In this document: in pieces, positions 26,110-41,054 of the stretch | Position numbering within the stretch: the stretch's first letter is position 1 | Layout of the letters: each line of letters starts with the position of its first letter | Assembly: GCA_951406725.2 (NCBI GenBank) | Contig: OX597817.1 | Location: forward strand, 36,208,001 to 36,272,000 | Direction: 5' to 3' | From: Octopus vulgaris | Taxonomy: Eukaryota | Length of the DNA: 64,000 nucleotides | Made by a program: the position numbers and the translations under genes | The notes under the pieces: generated by a model | What the model was told of the DNA's origin: nothing | Seen by the model: the letters and a program-made list of their open reading frames with translations, nothing else | Databases searched by the model: none

Positions 26110-26497
26110 AACTACTATTCAGTTCTTTTATTCTCTCGGTATCTTCCACTGTTCTCCACACTACACACACATGCAGGCACGCACACAAGTCATTCCGACT
26201 CATATATAAGACAAGGATTTGACAATTTCCAACTACCAAATTCATCCGCAAGGTATTGGTTGATCCGAGACTATAGTAGAAGTCACTTACTCAAGCCTAC
26301 ATAATACATACATGCATGCATACATATGTACACACACACACACAGAGACACACAGACACACATAAACATACAACATATGCAACGTGTCCTCATCCAAGAT
26401 GGAAACGAGTACCAATGTTCTTATGTGGCAAGCTTGATAATTGTTGACAGATTTCACTCCAAATAAAACTATTGGTAGCCTTGTTAACCATTAAATA

Positions 26498-26568
<71 letters not shown>

Positions 26569-26929
26569 TATACTTTATTTAATGGTTAACAAGGCTACCA
26601 ATAGTTTTATGTGGACCGAAACAATTGTCAAGCTTGCTACATGGGAACATTGGTACACGTTTCCATCTTGGATGAGGACACGTTGTATATGTTATATGTT
26701 TGTGTCTGAGTGTTTGTGTATGTGTGTGTACATATGTATATATGTATGTGTGCATGCATGTATGTATTATATAGGTTTGAGTAAGTGACTTTTACTATAG
26801 TCTCGGATCAACCAATACCTTGCGGATGAATTTGGTAGTTGGAAATTGTCAAATCCTTGTCTCATATATGAGTCGGAATGACTTGTGTGCGTGCGTGCAT
26901 GTGTGTGTAGTGGGAACAGAATAGTGGTT
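26110..26929. repeat. Inverted duplication (~350-390-bp arms) centred on (CA)n/(TATG)n
   Basis: 26149-26502 aligns to the reverse complement of 26571-26919; the arms contain a decayed SINE A fragment. Confidence 0.9.
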
Positions 26930-27238
26930 CAGTGTCGTAACCTCTGAGTATCGCAAACATAATATAATGCACGTAAGCTCACACACACTCGCAATCACAC
27001 AAGCGAGCACACACATGGTTCTTATGTATGTATTATGAATGTATACATGAAAATATATGTACTTATGTATAAACAATTTGAAAGGTGGAACATAAAATTA
27101 CAATTCGAGGAGTGCCAGATTCTAATAAAATATAATATATACACTCTGATATATGTATTGATATAATTTTCTCCTTTTGTAAATTCAGACATTCACCAAA
27201 CTGTAACCTCTTCCTCTCTCTTTCTCTCTGTCTCTCGC

Positions 27239-27272
<34 letters not shown>

Positions 27273-27488
27273 GCGGTCTCTCAAGTCTAATAACGCAGTA
27301 TTGTGTGTTCTAACAAGGCATCCTGGTTAAGTTGGATATAAACTATACCTAATAGTATTAGTACTGCTTCAGCTGCTAATAATTATTTTCATTAAACTTG
27401 TTGGCTGTTTGCGACATCTGCGTCTGAAAAGATGATGATATGAATATCATAGCACTGAGATTTAGCTGATATGTGGCGACGAGTGCTT

Positions 27489-27531
27489 CCCACTGAGGAG
27501 GTACAATAGACCAAAAACCACGTGAGATGGG
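27489..27531 (+). ncRNA. Degenerate hammerhead-like motif
   Basis: ccca CTGAGGA ggt-acaatag-acc aAAA accacgtg aga tggg; G12 and the cleavage site are disrupted. Confidence 0.35.
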
Positions 27532-28071
27532 TTTGCAACGTCCGAGAGCGACGTATTTCGTCGGCTACGAGCTACGAACCAAGCGCTTATATGAACAGGT
27601 TTCTCAGGGGTAATTGTTAACATCCCATTCATGTGCAGTGGGATATGAAGATACGTTTGGGTATTAATACTGATTTTCTCATAAATAATTAATATGTTTA
27701 TGCATATATGTATGCACACACACACACGCACACACACACATACGCACACACGCACGCTCACACACACATACACTCATACACACACATACACAAACACTCA
27801 GTGTTATGTTCCGGCTAGTAGTTTTTCTTGCCAAATATACGTGAACTAAACTGAAGAAGAGGAAACACACGGGATGGAGAGTCGCTGAATAGGATGTGTG
27901 ACGAAAGATTTCCAGACATTAGAGATAAAATAAGAACAAAAATAAACAAGTGAAGCACGAATACACAGTGCATGTGTTTATTTGGAAAGAAAAAGAAATG
28001 ATCGAAATATAACAATATCTGTTTCAACACACGAGTGCACATCAGGAAATTTGCAAAACAAGTGCATAAAC

Positions 28072-28122
<51 letters not shown>

Positions 28123-28126
<4 letters not shown>

Positions 28127-28235
28127 AGCGTAGGCTCGAAACGTCAAAGACTGTCCCATTTCTCCTGAGTATTAGTTACACTTATACACCTTTTAATCGG
28201 TCCTTCGGCTGTCTGCCTTCTGTCTTTTGAACTAT
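28123..28235 (+). repeat. 'Family P'-like pLTR fragment after (TA)n
   Basis: aagagcgtaggctcgaaacgtcaaagac. Confidence 0.55.
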
Positions 28236-28259
28236 ATATAATTATATACCTGTAAATAT

Positions 28260-29135
28260 AATATGTGACAATTATTCGGTAGCCATGATAAAACTCCGAG
28301 TTTGGAATGTTGGGGTGGAAACCTACGCCGGCATCTCTTCAGTTATCGGGCCATCACAAAAATGCTATGAAAATGACCGCTAAACAAAGGGAAATTACTG
28401 TTTGACTGACCGTTATTAAGACAAAAGATCTATTAGAATGTCCGCTAAGTAAGGGGAGGGAGTAAAGGTAAGGGAGTAAAAATATTCATAGCAATCGCGT
28501 AAGCGTGCATGTCCATACATACACATGTGCGCCCGCACACCCGCGTACATGTGCATATAGTTATATACTCATCCACCCTCACTAGAAACACACACATGCT
28601 CACCCACACATTCGCCAAAAGATATATACATACCACAATACACGCTCGCACACACACACACGCGCGTGCGCGCGCCCCAAAAAGGTTCATACACACGTCT
28701 ATATACGCACATGAACAAGAAAAAACAGGGTTAAATGCAAAATACAGAAAAATGTGTAAAAAGGTGTAAAATAATAAGCAATAAGAACAAAAAGTAAAGG
28801 AGTAAGTATGTGCGCCATGAGCATATTTGAGCACAGTGGATGGTCTTTAACGGCCACGAGTGTGGATGGCCATCATTTTGTAATTACAATACAATAAAGC
28901 GGTATATTTTTCAAAGAGGTTTGGCATTTAGAAAAATTGATAGCGCATTGCCAACATATCAGGAAAGCAAACCATAGACAAGAAAAGTTACCCTGAATCT
29001 ACATAATGAAAATTGTGGGGAAGGTTCTTATCAGTTATTAAGTCTTCCCCTTCTATCAGAGTAGCGATTCAACGACGAAACAGCACCAGTAAAGACATAT
29101 ACTTTATCGGAAATGCTAACCGAACCTAAGTGTAC
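28260..29135. mobile_element. PLE 3'-end remnants in inverted arrangement, with degenerate hammerhead at 28287-28347 (-)
   Basis: Minus: gataa CTGAAGA gatg...cattc cAAA ctcggag TT ttatc. Plus at ~29040-29130: VFPFYQ and KDIYFIG, resembling a GIY-YIG C-terminus. Confidence 0.5.
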
Positions 29136-29849
29136 TGAGATTTAGTTAGAATATATCTCTGACTATATTTTCAAAAATTACGGATAAATTCTTTTTTTTC
29201 TAACCATGAAAAACTCTTTTTGGGTAAAGTAAACTTTTTGTTAAAACAAAAATCTGTTTCTTTCATTTAAATACCACATAAACATATAACCAACCTTCCT
29301 CTCAGAATAAAAAGTGACTCTTTATTCTATAGAAGTCAAAATATGGCTTTTTGTAAATTATAAACAGTATTTACAACCTTATAATAAAAGCAAAACAAGC
29401 TACATGAAACCCACAAACTATCAGTAACATACCTTGTCATTTTTATTTGAAATTTAATCCACATGCAATTTTTACATAAGTTAAAAATTCCATCGCGAGT
29501 TAACTTTACACTTTGATAAGCTGAAAAATAGCGCAAGCAGGTCCGTAAAATATGATTTTTGATTTTTCTCTTAAATTTTTGTTTTCTGGTTAAAATAAAT
29601 TTTTTTGAAAAAATGTCTTTTGTAAGATCAGACAGTAAAATGTGATTTTCGCTTTTTATAAAATTAGTTTTGCGAAAAACTCTCTTCTGTAAAACCAAAC
29701 TTGTACGATAGGTAAAAAAGCACTTGGAAAACAAGATTCATATTTTTTTAACTTCGTGTAAGTGTATAACTATCGTATGTTTATCTAGTATGTGAAAAAT
29801 ATAACATATTTTATTCTATAAAAAAATTAAATATATAAAAGATATTTAT

Positions 29850-30270
29850 AGGCGCAGGAGTGGCTATAGGCGCAGGAGTGGCTGTGTGGTAAGTAGCTTG
29901 CTAACCAACCACATGGTTCCGGGCTCAGTCCCACTGCGTGGCATCTTGGGCAAGTGTCTTCTGCTATAGCCCCGGGCCGACCAATGCCTTGTGAGTGGAT
30001 TTGGTAGACGGAAACTGAAAGAAGCCTGTCGTATATATGTATATATATGTATGTGTGTGTGTCTGTGTTTGTCCCTCTAGCATTGCTTGACAACCGATGC
30101 TGGTGTGTTTACGTTCCCGTCACTTAGCGGTTCGGCAATAGAGACCGATAGAATAAGTACTGGGCTTACAAAGAATAAGTCCCGGGGTCGATTTGCTCGA
30201 CTAAAGGCGGTGCTCCAGCATGGCCGCAGTCAAATGACTGAAACAAGTAAAAGAGAAAAGAGAAAGAGAG
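29850..30270 (+). mobile_element. SINE family A, full length, with 5' 18-bp tandem duplication
   Basis: ataggcgcaggagtggct occurs twice, then the full body and tail. Confidence 0.92.
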
Positions 30271-30327
30271 ATAGCATTTTCAACCCTTTCTTATTAATTT
30301 TCTTACACACACACACACACACATACA

Positions 30328-30375
<48 letters not shown>

Positions 30376-31073
30376 TACATACTTATAAGCATGTATGCAT
30401 TCAAATTTTATCCGGTTCTGGGTATGATTCCGAAGCTAGTAAACAGGCTCTGATAAGAAGGTAACGGGCTTAAATCTTTAATAATAGCGGGGAAACAGAT
30501 CAAGGTTGAAATATAATGCCCCATGAGTGTTGCTACACCAAGTTATAGAGTATGTAAGCACATTCACAGATACACACATACATTATCTCTCCCTCACACG
30601 CATATATGTATTAGATATGCTGGGCTTCTTTGGAAAATACGTGTGGTTACATATATCCTATACATGATGTTCATGGTTAATTGTGTTACAGCTTTGATCA
30701 CTTTTTTTTTCATTAGATTTTTATCCGCATTGTTTTTGCTGTTAGATCTTGTTTATCAGTTTTTAAATTATCAGTTTAGATTCAATTAATATTTGGAATG
30801 ATTTTAAATTAAAATTATTCAAATATATTTACTGAAAATAGATAGTCATTGAAAATTTAATAAATTTGTACTCATTCGTTTATTAACAGACTCTCTTTTC
30901 CTTCTCTCTCTCTCTCCGCTATTAACTTCATTGCTCGTTAGATGTACTGAGTGGAACGTATCGCTTCAAATTCAAAATGGTGTAGTAAAGTACAGAATAT
31001 TTCTGTTTGAACAATATCAACAGGTAATGGAGACAGTGAATAAAATGCTGTAACTTCAACAAAGAAGATATCT

Positions 31074-31236
31074 AGTGGCTGTGTAGTAAGTAGCTTGCTA
31101 ACCAACCACATGGTTCCGGGTTCAGTCCCACTGCGTGGCATCTTGGGCAAGTGTCTTCTGCTATAGCCCCGGGACGACCAATGCCTTGTGAGTGGATTTG
31201 GTAGACGGAAACTGAAAGAAGCCTGTCGTATATATG

Positions 31237-31273
<37 letters not shown>

Positions 31274-31497
31274 TTGTGTGTCTGTGTTTGTCCCCCTAGC
31301 ATTGCTTGACAACCGATGCTGGTGTGTTTACGTCCCCGTCACCTAGCGGTTCGGCAAAAGAGACCGATAGAATAAGTACTGGGCTTACAAAAGAATAAGT
31401 CCCGGGGTCGATTTGCTCGACTAAAGGCGGTGCTCCAGCATGGCCGCAGTCAAATGACTGAAACAAGTAAAAGAGTAAAAAAGAGAGTAAAGAGAGT
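31074..31497 (+). mobile_element. SINE family A
   Basis: Near-identical to the 29850 copy. Confidence 0.92.
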
Positions 31498-31985
31498 CAC
31501 TACTGGATGGGGAATAAAATTGGACGATATTGTTGCGCAATAAGAAACCCAAACTTAAGCCCAAACCACAACGTATTACTCTCCAGCTGTATATGACTCA
31601 CAGCGAACTTCATTCGTATCGTTTGGCCATAGCAATTGTGAACCATTGGTTAAGGAGGCTAATACCGTAGTGAAAGATCATTAATCTTTTCTTCATATAA
31701 AATCACACCTTGAGCTATGTTTACCATGCCAACAGGTGTAGAACAGTAGTAGAAAAGGAACTTTTGTTAAGCTGACTTCTTTTTCTGAATTTAATTCTTG
31801 CTATCAAGTTAATTTTGATTGATTTTTCAAAGTCATGTATATAGAGACAAAAAAATTTTAACGAATCTGTCAGGACGATCTAACAAAACATTGTTTTAAA
31901 AGTTTTTCAAGCCAAGCAGATTTAGAAGGAAGCCTACAGCTTGATTAATCTGTACTCTTTCTTAGAGTACATATAGATGTATATG

Positions 31986-32020
<35 letters not shown>

Positions 32021-32025
<5 letters not shown>

Positions 32026-32209
32026 TCTTTACTACCCACAAGGGGCTAAACATAGAGGGGGACAAACAAGGACAGACAAACGAATTAAGTCGATTACATC
32101 GACCCCAGTGCCTAACTGGTACTTAATTTATCGACCTCAAAAGGATGAAAGGCAAAGTCGACCTCGGCGGTCCCCTCTATGTTTAGCCCCATGTGGGTAA
32201 TAAAGAAAC

Positions 32210-32211
<2 letters not shown>
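32021..32211. mobile_element. SINE family B fold-back (inverted body plus forward tail) within (TA)n
   Basis: 32021-32169 is the reverse-complement SINE B 3' part; 32170-32211 is the forward tail. Confidence 0.85.
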
Positions 32212-32274
<63 letters not shown>

Positions 32275-32640
32275 GAAAAAAGATAATGGAACAAGAACAT
32301 AACAGACAACAAAACATTCGGACAGTTAGACGATACAAAAAAGAACAGGAAAAAACAAGGACGGGTCATTCGAAGCTTTCAGTCATCAATCGAGAAACAG
32401 ATCATCTTTGCAGTTTCGGCCGGTTAATCTCACGACTGCTCTAAACTGGCCGGCCCCAAGAAAATTTAAGCTAAGAGCACTAGATTCTTTGGAAGAAAGC
32501 AAACCAATGTATACTAAAACACGGACGGGGAGAAAACTGAGAAATGATACACAAGTACAAATACAAACAACAGGACATCAACAATTGGTTTCTTTCGACT
32601 AACGACGAATTAAATTAAGCTAGCGTGTGCGGAAGTGAAG
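32275..32640 (-). mobile_element. PLE-like pLTR fragment ('family Q') beside (TA)n
   Basis: Homologous to 11697-11835. Confidence 0.55.
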
Positions 32641-32864
32641 CCTTAAACATATGTATATGCATTTGAGGGTCTCTCCTGTCGTTAGATGACATATGACGGT
32701 TCGATAATTTCTTACCGAACTACCCACAAATGCTTTGTTTATAGTGATCAAATGTTTGTGTATACATAAATTCACTTACTCCGTCTATGTTTGTGTAGAC
32801 ATAAGTTCACTCACTTACCTGTACAGGTGCAACGGATGCTACATGTCAGATGTTGATATGATCG

Positions 32865-32980
32865 CAGAGCAACGTGAAATGAATTGCTTTGCTCAAGGAC
32901 ATAACCTGGTCTGGGAATTGAACCCACGATCTCGCATTCCTGAGTGTAACTCCTTAACCACTAAGTCATGCGCCCTCACA
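32865..32980 (-). mobile_element. SINE family C head, diverged
   Basis: agcaacgtgaaatgaattgctttgctcaaggacataac...gggaattgaacccac. Confidence 0.65.
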
Positions 32981-33510
32981 CTTACACACACACATGTACG
33001 CATATGTATGTGTAATGTATGTATAATAGAGATATGTATAAATGGACGCAATATTCACACCTACAAACACGCACGCATGTACTCAAATATATTTCTTAAT
33101 GATTTATAAGGGTGTATTCATAGAACACATTAGGAATGATATTGATTAGATTAATTTTACATTTTACATTAATTTTTATATACTTGATATAAATATATAA
33201 ATTTCTGTTGATCTCACAATGAAAATGCAGAAATTCAATACCAGAAAAATTTGAAACCCGTATTTCAAATCTAAATGGTGACTAATTCGTAAAATTTTAT
33301 CAGAGAAATTTGAACGAGAAGAAAACAGTAACCACCCCACCCAGAAACCAGAATATAGAAACAGGAAAATTGAATAAGTAACATTTCAGGACGATTTTCA
33401 AACATCAAATAATGATTGTAATGTGTTTGATTATATATGTGCTCTATTTTCTCCCCTCTGGTGTTAGCATTACAATGCTATTGGCGTTATAAATGGGAAG
33501 GGATGGATGG

Positions 33511-33565
<55 letters not shown>

Positions 33566-33896
33566 AATATATATACATAAATATAAGAACATATTATTAC
33601 ACACATATATTGCATGGAAATGCATACTTCATTTAAATATGATTTATATGTATATCTATCTATCTATCTATATATATATATATGTACATATATACATACA
33701 TACATACATATATGTATACATACATATATATATATTACGCACACACACATGTACACGCATATATATACATTAAAATATTAATTATATATATTGCATTTAT
33801 GTGATATATATATAATATATATGATGTATATGCTTTATACCTTATATATAATATACCTATTATATCGATATAAGTATTTATATAGGTATGCATGTT

Positions 33897-33927
<31 letters not shown>

Positions 33928-34671
33928 ATGTATGTGTGAACATGTATGCATATATGTATGTATGCATTATGTATATATATATATATATGAGTGTGTGTGT
34001 GTGTGTGTTTGTGTGTGTATTGGGTATTATTATAAGCATACATATGCATATATATGTATGTATTGTTAGTTTATGAAGAAGTAACTATAGAAATACAGAA
34101 TTCAACGTGTGAAGGCACTGGGAATTGGTATTGATTTTAATCTGGTTGCTATGAATTGCAATATATTTCAAGAGGGAGATATTTTCAGACAATGATTAAT
34201 TTTTGGAATATTCTGCTGGTTGGAATACATAAATGGGAAAAGTTGTAGGTGTAACGACGGCTATTGCATATTTAATAAATTCCTAATATGGTAGTCAACC
34301 AGATCTATAATGGTCAAATTAGAAAAAAATATAAAATGATGAATTATAGACGAAGAGGAAAAAAAAGTCAGAAATAAGATTCATAAGGGCAATTTGACAT
34401 TTTTAAATAAGAGAGGAAGTGATAAAGAGAATATAATAGTCTAAGGAGACATTTAAGGATTAATTTATCATGTAAACAATGATTGAGTAGTTGTGTAGTA
34501 AAGACAAGCTTACCAAGGCAAAACTTAAATTTCGTTAATAGATATATGCTCACTTGAAGAAGATATTTATGAAGCTTTGTCTTATATTTTGCAAATATGT
34601 AGATTTAGTGCTGGTGAGTTACGAAAGAAAGGAGAGAAAGAAGACAGATAGAAATATAATGAATGAAACTA

Positions 34672-34718
<47 letters not shown>

Positions 34719-34811
34719 AGAGAGAAGATGAAGATTAGAGTTGAAGAATGTTGAGGTATCTAAATGTCTTCTTCTTCTTCTTCTTCTTCTTCTTCTTCTT
34801 CTCTCATAAAC

Positions 34812-34895
34812 ACACACATCGTCCGGTCTGAGATTCGAACCCACGATCCCTCGACCGCTAGTCCGCTGCTCTAGCCATTTGGCCATGCGCCTCAA
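34812..34895 (-). mobile_element. tRNA-derived SINE head
   Basis: Minus strand aggcgcatggccaaatggctagagc...gggttcgaatctc gives A and B boxes. Confidence 0.6.
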
Positions 34896-34897
34896 CC

Positions 34898-34984
<87 letters not shown>

Positions 34985-34988
34985 TGTA

Positions 34989-35024
<36 letters not shown>

Positions 35025-35469
35025 TGTATATATATATGTATGTATGTATGTATGTATATATATATATGAACACACACACATATTTATAATAGCTTTTAAC
35101 TTAAAAGCTATTACGTGTCTACCGACCCATTACGTAGGAAATTATTACGGTTTATAAAAAGCCAACAATTATAAAACAGATGCCGAGTTAAGAGAACATT
35201 ATGAGAAAAAAAAACTGAAATTGATAAGAAACGAAAAACTAATCTGAAAATGGAGTCAGAGATCGCCAAATTAAAACGGCTCCTATTCAGATTATACCTG
35301 CGAATATTGTACAAAGGAATTAGTAACATAGAAATACTTCAGCACTGATTGAAATGTTTAACAGTCAAACCGGAGAACAAATGTTTTTTGATGGCAGAAC
35401 AAGACTAAAATCTCTCCTACAGAATCCAAGAAACGCATATAACGAAGCAGAATATAGGCAAAAAAAAAA

Positions 35470-35745
35470 GTGTTAAGATTCTCCTCCGAAGAACGAAGGC
35501 GGGACAGATATGCTGTGATATGTATCTGGAAAGAAAGGCCTACATGTAGTGGATATCGGTGTCTTGAAATTCAAACTGGATCTCCTAGTCTACCTCGCAG
35601 CATAAAACGCAAATGAGTGCAAATGCATCGAACTCCCTCAGTCACCAAATGCCACATTCACAGAGGAGGTTTCAAGTAGTGAAAGTGTAGCAAAGCTAAC
35701 AGCAGTGCCTCAGCATGGCCTCAGCTCTGGAGCTGAGACTAGTAA
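35470..35745 (+). mobile_element. Old CR1-like LINE 3' remnant
   Basis: RRRDRYAVICIWK and KFKLDLL are similar to the 49397 ORF end; tail gcagtgcctcagcatggcctcagctctggagctgagactag. Confidence 0.7.
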
Positions 35746-37458
35746 TATACATAAAGAATATAAGTGAGAAATTATTTACTTCACTTTTAGTTGCGCAGTT
35801 TTAAATATACAGACATGGCATAGTTTCAGCTTTTACACGTTGAAAATTATGAAACACCATCAGAAAAGACGCTGCATAAACATACATCAAATATGTTCTC
35901 AGAGACTGATAGTGACCATAGAATATGTCAACCTACACAAGGCAGTGAAGTTAAGGAAATCAAACGGATATTGATATCAAGCACCATTATGAAACGATGT
36001 GTCGTCTCATTGAAATATGTACCCTAATACAATTGTTTAAATCTAAAAGAATGAAGAAAATACCGAAATATAAAGATGTGGAAATAGAGATAACCAGAAT
36101 GAGAAGATAAAGATGACACAAACAATACATACAATAATAATAATAGATGTCTTGAAAATAATTGAAATAATGCATCAAATACGTAGCGAAACTTAAAAAA
36201 CAACCCGCCCAAAATAGTACTTTCAAACCTATTCAACATATAGGAAATATGTAACCTTTGAAAATGCAAAGATATGCAGCAGACGTCCTTGATGATATAT
36301 ATAAAAACAAACGACAAAACTATAAAACTGTACACTACTCAGAGCAGACGTAATTGATAGCAGGCTGCGTAATGAAACCAGACAATAAATATATAATTAT
36401 TCAAATAAAGAAATATAATCATACGTGACAAAAATAAACTAAAGAAAAAAGTAAATTACATCGAAAAAAACTAAAACGGAAACATGATATAAATTGGTTA
36501 AAATTTACATCAGTTTCAAAAATCTTAGGAAGATCTTTGCCTCATTTGTAAAACAAAATCTGTATAGAAGACTGCTCATAAAATCTTTGAAAAAAAAACC
36601 GATGATAAAAAATGACTAGAAATTAAAAAAAGCAACTGCAAAAGATACAAAACCCCTAAATAAACAAATTATAAAATCAAGAACAAAAGTTAAAATATAA
36701 AATAAAATAACAATAAAGACATTTAAATGAATTGCTAAGTTTACCACTTGTATAATTGAAACTATCATAGATTATCACGATATCTCTAAAACCTAGAAAA
36801 AGACAAACACAAATTTAGACAAATACAGATCTGACTGATAAACTTAACATTTTAACACTTTGATAAACACCGTGGGTGCCAAATAACATCGATTTAGTGC
36901 AGAATAAACATTACTACAATTGAAATATTAGAAAACATAACATATAGTAGTATATTATCTAATCATTTATCTAATTACTCCCCATCTACATATAGCAATT
37001 TTTTTATTTTTGCAAGCAAGCACAAACATTTTTGTTATATATACAATGAGACAAGGTTTTACTGCATTGAGCCAAACTGAACGGGAGCAGTTTATATGCG
37101 CGCGCGCTAACCCCCCCCCCCACACGATCTTTTACAAAGCAGAACCCAACAGTCATTTTCGAACTTTCGGCTTTCTTACCGCCAGCAGACCGACTGCTAA
37201 CGGTGAGGTAGGCGACTGTCAACATTTTCCTCGTAAAAATAAATAACTATTTACTGTTTTAATAAGCATTGAATACTCCTTCAGTTTACTATTAATTTGC
37301 TATTATATACAATTTCCTATAACATCAAACATGCATGCATGCATGCATGCATGCATGTATGTATGTATGTATGTATGTATGTATGTATGTATGTATGTAT
37401 GTATATATGTATGTATGTATGTATGTATGCATGTATGTATGTTTGCATGTATGTAGGA

Positions 37459-37542
<84 letters not shown>

Positions 37543-37544
37543 GG

Positions 37545-37604
<60 letters not shown>

Positions 37605-37619
37605 GCACACATGCATGCA

Positions 37620-37758
37620 TGTGGTGTGGCTGTGTGGTTAAAATGTTTGTTTCCCTACCATGTAGTCTTGGGTTCAGTTTCACTGCGTAGCAACTCGGGC
37701 AAGTATCTTTATTTATAGCCGCGAGTTGTCAAAAAACAAAAAAAACAACAAAAAACCC

Positions 37759-37811
<53 letters not shown>

Positions 37812-38087
37812 CATGTATATATGCATGTATATCGTTGTGTTTCTACGCTGTTTCTCCCCCCTACCGCCTGGCAACCGATATTGGTTTGTTTACATCTCCA
37901 TAACTTAGCTGTTGGCAAAAGTGACCGATACAAGTCCTATGCTTAAAAATAAGTACTAGGGTAGATTTCTTGGGTTATAAGATTTCAAAGCTGTGTCCCA
38001 TTATAATTTCTTTGGCTGTAAGACTTCGAAACTGTGCCCCTGTATGACCGGACCGCAGCTTCATGGCTGAGACAAGTGAAAGCTAAA
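37620..38087 (+). mobile_element. SINE family A, diverged
   Basis: Head, internal TA run and tail are all recognisable. Confidence 0.7.
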
Positions 38088-39613
38088 ATATATTTACATT
38101 CAAACACTCAAATATGAACCTATAATGCAATTAGGTCGATAAAATAAGTGCCAGTTGATCACTGGGCTCGGTGTAATCGACTTAGTCCCTCCCTCGAACT
38201 TGCAGGCCCTGTGCCAAAATTTGAAACCATTATATAAAGCAAGTGCATCTTGTATAGTCTTTTCACAAAAATTGTTTCTTTCAACTAATATTTTCTTACA
38301 TTTATACAATTATATGCAAAATTTAAATAATATATTCAAATACAACAAAGCAGCATTTAAAGGATTAAAATTCAAGAATTATCACTAGCTTGGTTCCACA
38401 ATTCTACACATCAGCAGTAGTTGTGTAAAATTCTATATCTGGCAATGCTTCCAGGCTAATGCTTTTGAAATGCATGTAAGTATATAATTGCTGTGAGAAG
38501 TACTGAAGAAAATTAGAAGTAATACGATAGTCGCTATGAAAATTAAAGTCGCCTCTGGTAGGATTTAAATTCAAAGCACAGTGTTTAAGGCGTTTTAGTC
38601 TGACGTTTATTACCACTAACTATATTTTCCATTTACGATTATATTTTCTTTTGATTTTTTTAAAATTATAGCGTAGATAAAAGAATCGCAAAAGTGCTCG
38701 CATTCCTATTACAATATCTCCGAGACTAGTGTTGCAAAAACACAAACCGAATCCCAGACACGAAGATAACTTCTACAAGTTACCCTTTGTGTCATGATCT
38801 GAATGCTTGCAACAACAGAAGGGAGTATCTTGGAGATATCTAAATCCCAGTGTTTGGTGTTAAACTAGACAATGATTGATACTCCGAGAATTAGCCGATC
38901 TGTACACGAATTGATGGATATTGCAGATGACGTGACACGAAAAGGGATGGTAATTCATTATACCTCATCATCTTGAGGGAAATTCGACATAGTAAATTGA
39001 TCTTCTTGAAGCTGCATAAAAATGCTCTTCAATCACGCACGCCGCCTTAATAAATAGATGAACAGGTATGGTGTTTGATATACAAAAAAAAAAAAGAATA
39101 TGCCAGATGTTCATCCTAGGAACACATTTTATCATAAATATGCTAAAAAATGGTCGACTTCGGCTAAACAAAACAATCAATTATGGCACAACCTAGGACG
39201 TTAAGGAAACATCTGAAGCTAAGAATAAAAAATTGTCAAGGTTATGGTTGTAGGGAATTTTAAAGGAATTCCACACGTGTTTCTGCTTTGATATTAATCT
39301 AATATATATATATATGCGTAGAGCATTACAGGCCATCAATAATTTCCCAGGACTCTGATTTGAACTAATATATATGTTAACAGGCTATGAGGATATTAAA
39401 AGAACAAAAAGGGTAGTTTTGATAAAAAGTGATCAACTGCATAAAAATAAAGAAAAAGAACATTTGTATTCTTTCGATGAAGTCATACCGAACAGCTTGC
39501 AAATAATTCAACGAAGTAAAACTACACCCTAGACATAAACGTATATATATAGATACATGCAAAAACAAAAACGTATATAGATTGCTTGTGTACTTAAATA
39601 TATTGCATAAAAT

Positions 39614-39716
<103 letters not shown>

Positions 39717-39881
39717 CATCTATCTATCGATTTATTTATCTATCTTATATATATATATATATATATGTTTGATATATACGTTGATAGGTAGACAGATAGA
39801 TAAGTAGATATAAATATATTTGCGAACTGACTCACACACACACATATGCACACACACATATATACACGTCTATGCACGTGA

Positions 39882-39932
<51 letters not shown>

Positions 39933-39992
39933 CGTGTGTGTGATTGCATGTGTGCTTATCCACACATACATGTTTACATGCACATACACAAT

Positions 39993-40031
<39 letters not shown>

Positions 40032-40184
40032 ATTTATATGTATATATTGAGGTGTAATACTTTATATATATATATATATATATGCATGCATCTATTTATA
40101 AGAAAAAGACAACAAAACATCTTTGACAATGTTTCCAAGAATTTATCAATGTAAGAAATGTATTTCTAGTTTCTACAGGAACAA

Positions 40185-40209
40185 AAACAACAACAGCAAC
40201 AACAACAAC

Positions 40210-40263
<54 letters not shown>

Positions 40264-40275
40264 GATTATGATGAT
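40185..40275 (+). repeat. (AAC)n/(AAT)n microsatellite
   Basis: Direct reading. Confidence 0.95.
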
Positions 40276-40679
40276 AAAGAGCAAAATCTCCCCAGAAAAT
40301 ATGGTAATTAAATTCAAATAAATTTTCTGTCCCTGAAATGACAGATCTCTGCCACTAGAACTAAGGCGAATGCAGAAAAAGAATACATTTGCATAATCAT
40401 GTTTATAATAACTATACAGTATTATGGGTTACAAAAAGCAATATGTAAATAAATAAATAACTGTAGAAAACAAGTGTATAAATATACAAAAAATTACATT
40501 AGCATATAATCTAATGGGCAGCATTTGACATATATAGACATATTGACATATGCGAACGTGCATATATAAGCTCACAGATGCACGCGCACACTTAAATATA
40601 TGTTATACGTGGGAAGTCCTTTAATGTACACATAATAAAAAATGTCGCCAGGCGCCATTTGTATGTATGGATGTATGGA

Positions 40680-40738
<59 letters not shown>

Positions 40739-40783
40739 GTGTGTATATGCAAGCTGTTTGCAAAAATTCTATCAATCAATCTG

Positions 40784-40868
<85 letters not shown>

Positions 40869-40929
40869 GAGGTAGACGACGCATATATATATATATATAG
40901 ACAGCTAGATAGATATAGATATATATATA

Positions 40930-40975
<46 letters not shown>

Positions 40976-41012
40976 CATATACACATACATATATATGTGT
41001 ATCTATTTATGT

Positions 41013-41054
<42 letters not shown>

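Noticed and set aside
34812-34895. Possible tRNA gene
   Set aside because: A/B boxes are present but there is no convincing acceptor stem, and it resembles SINE heads.
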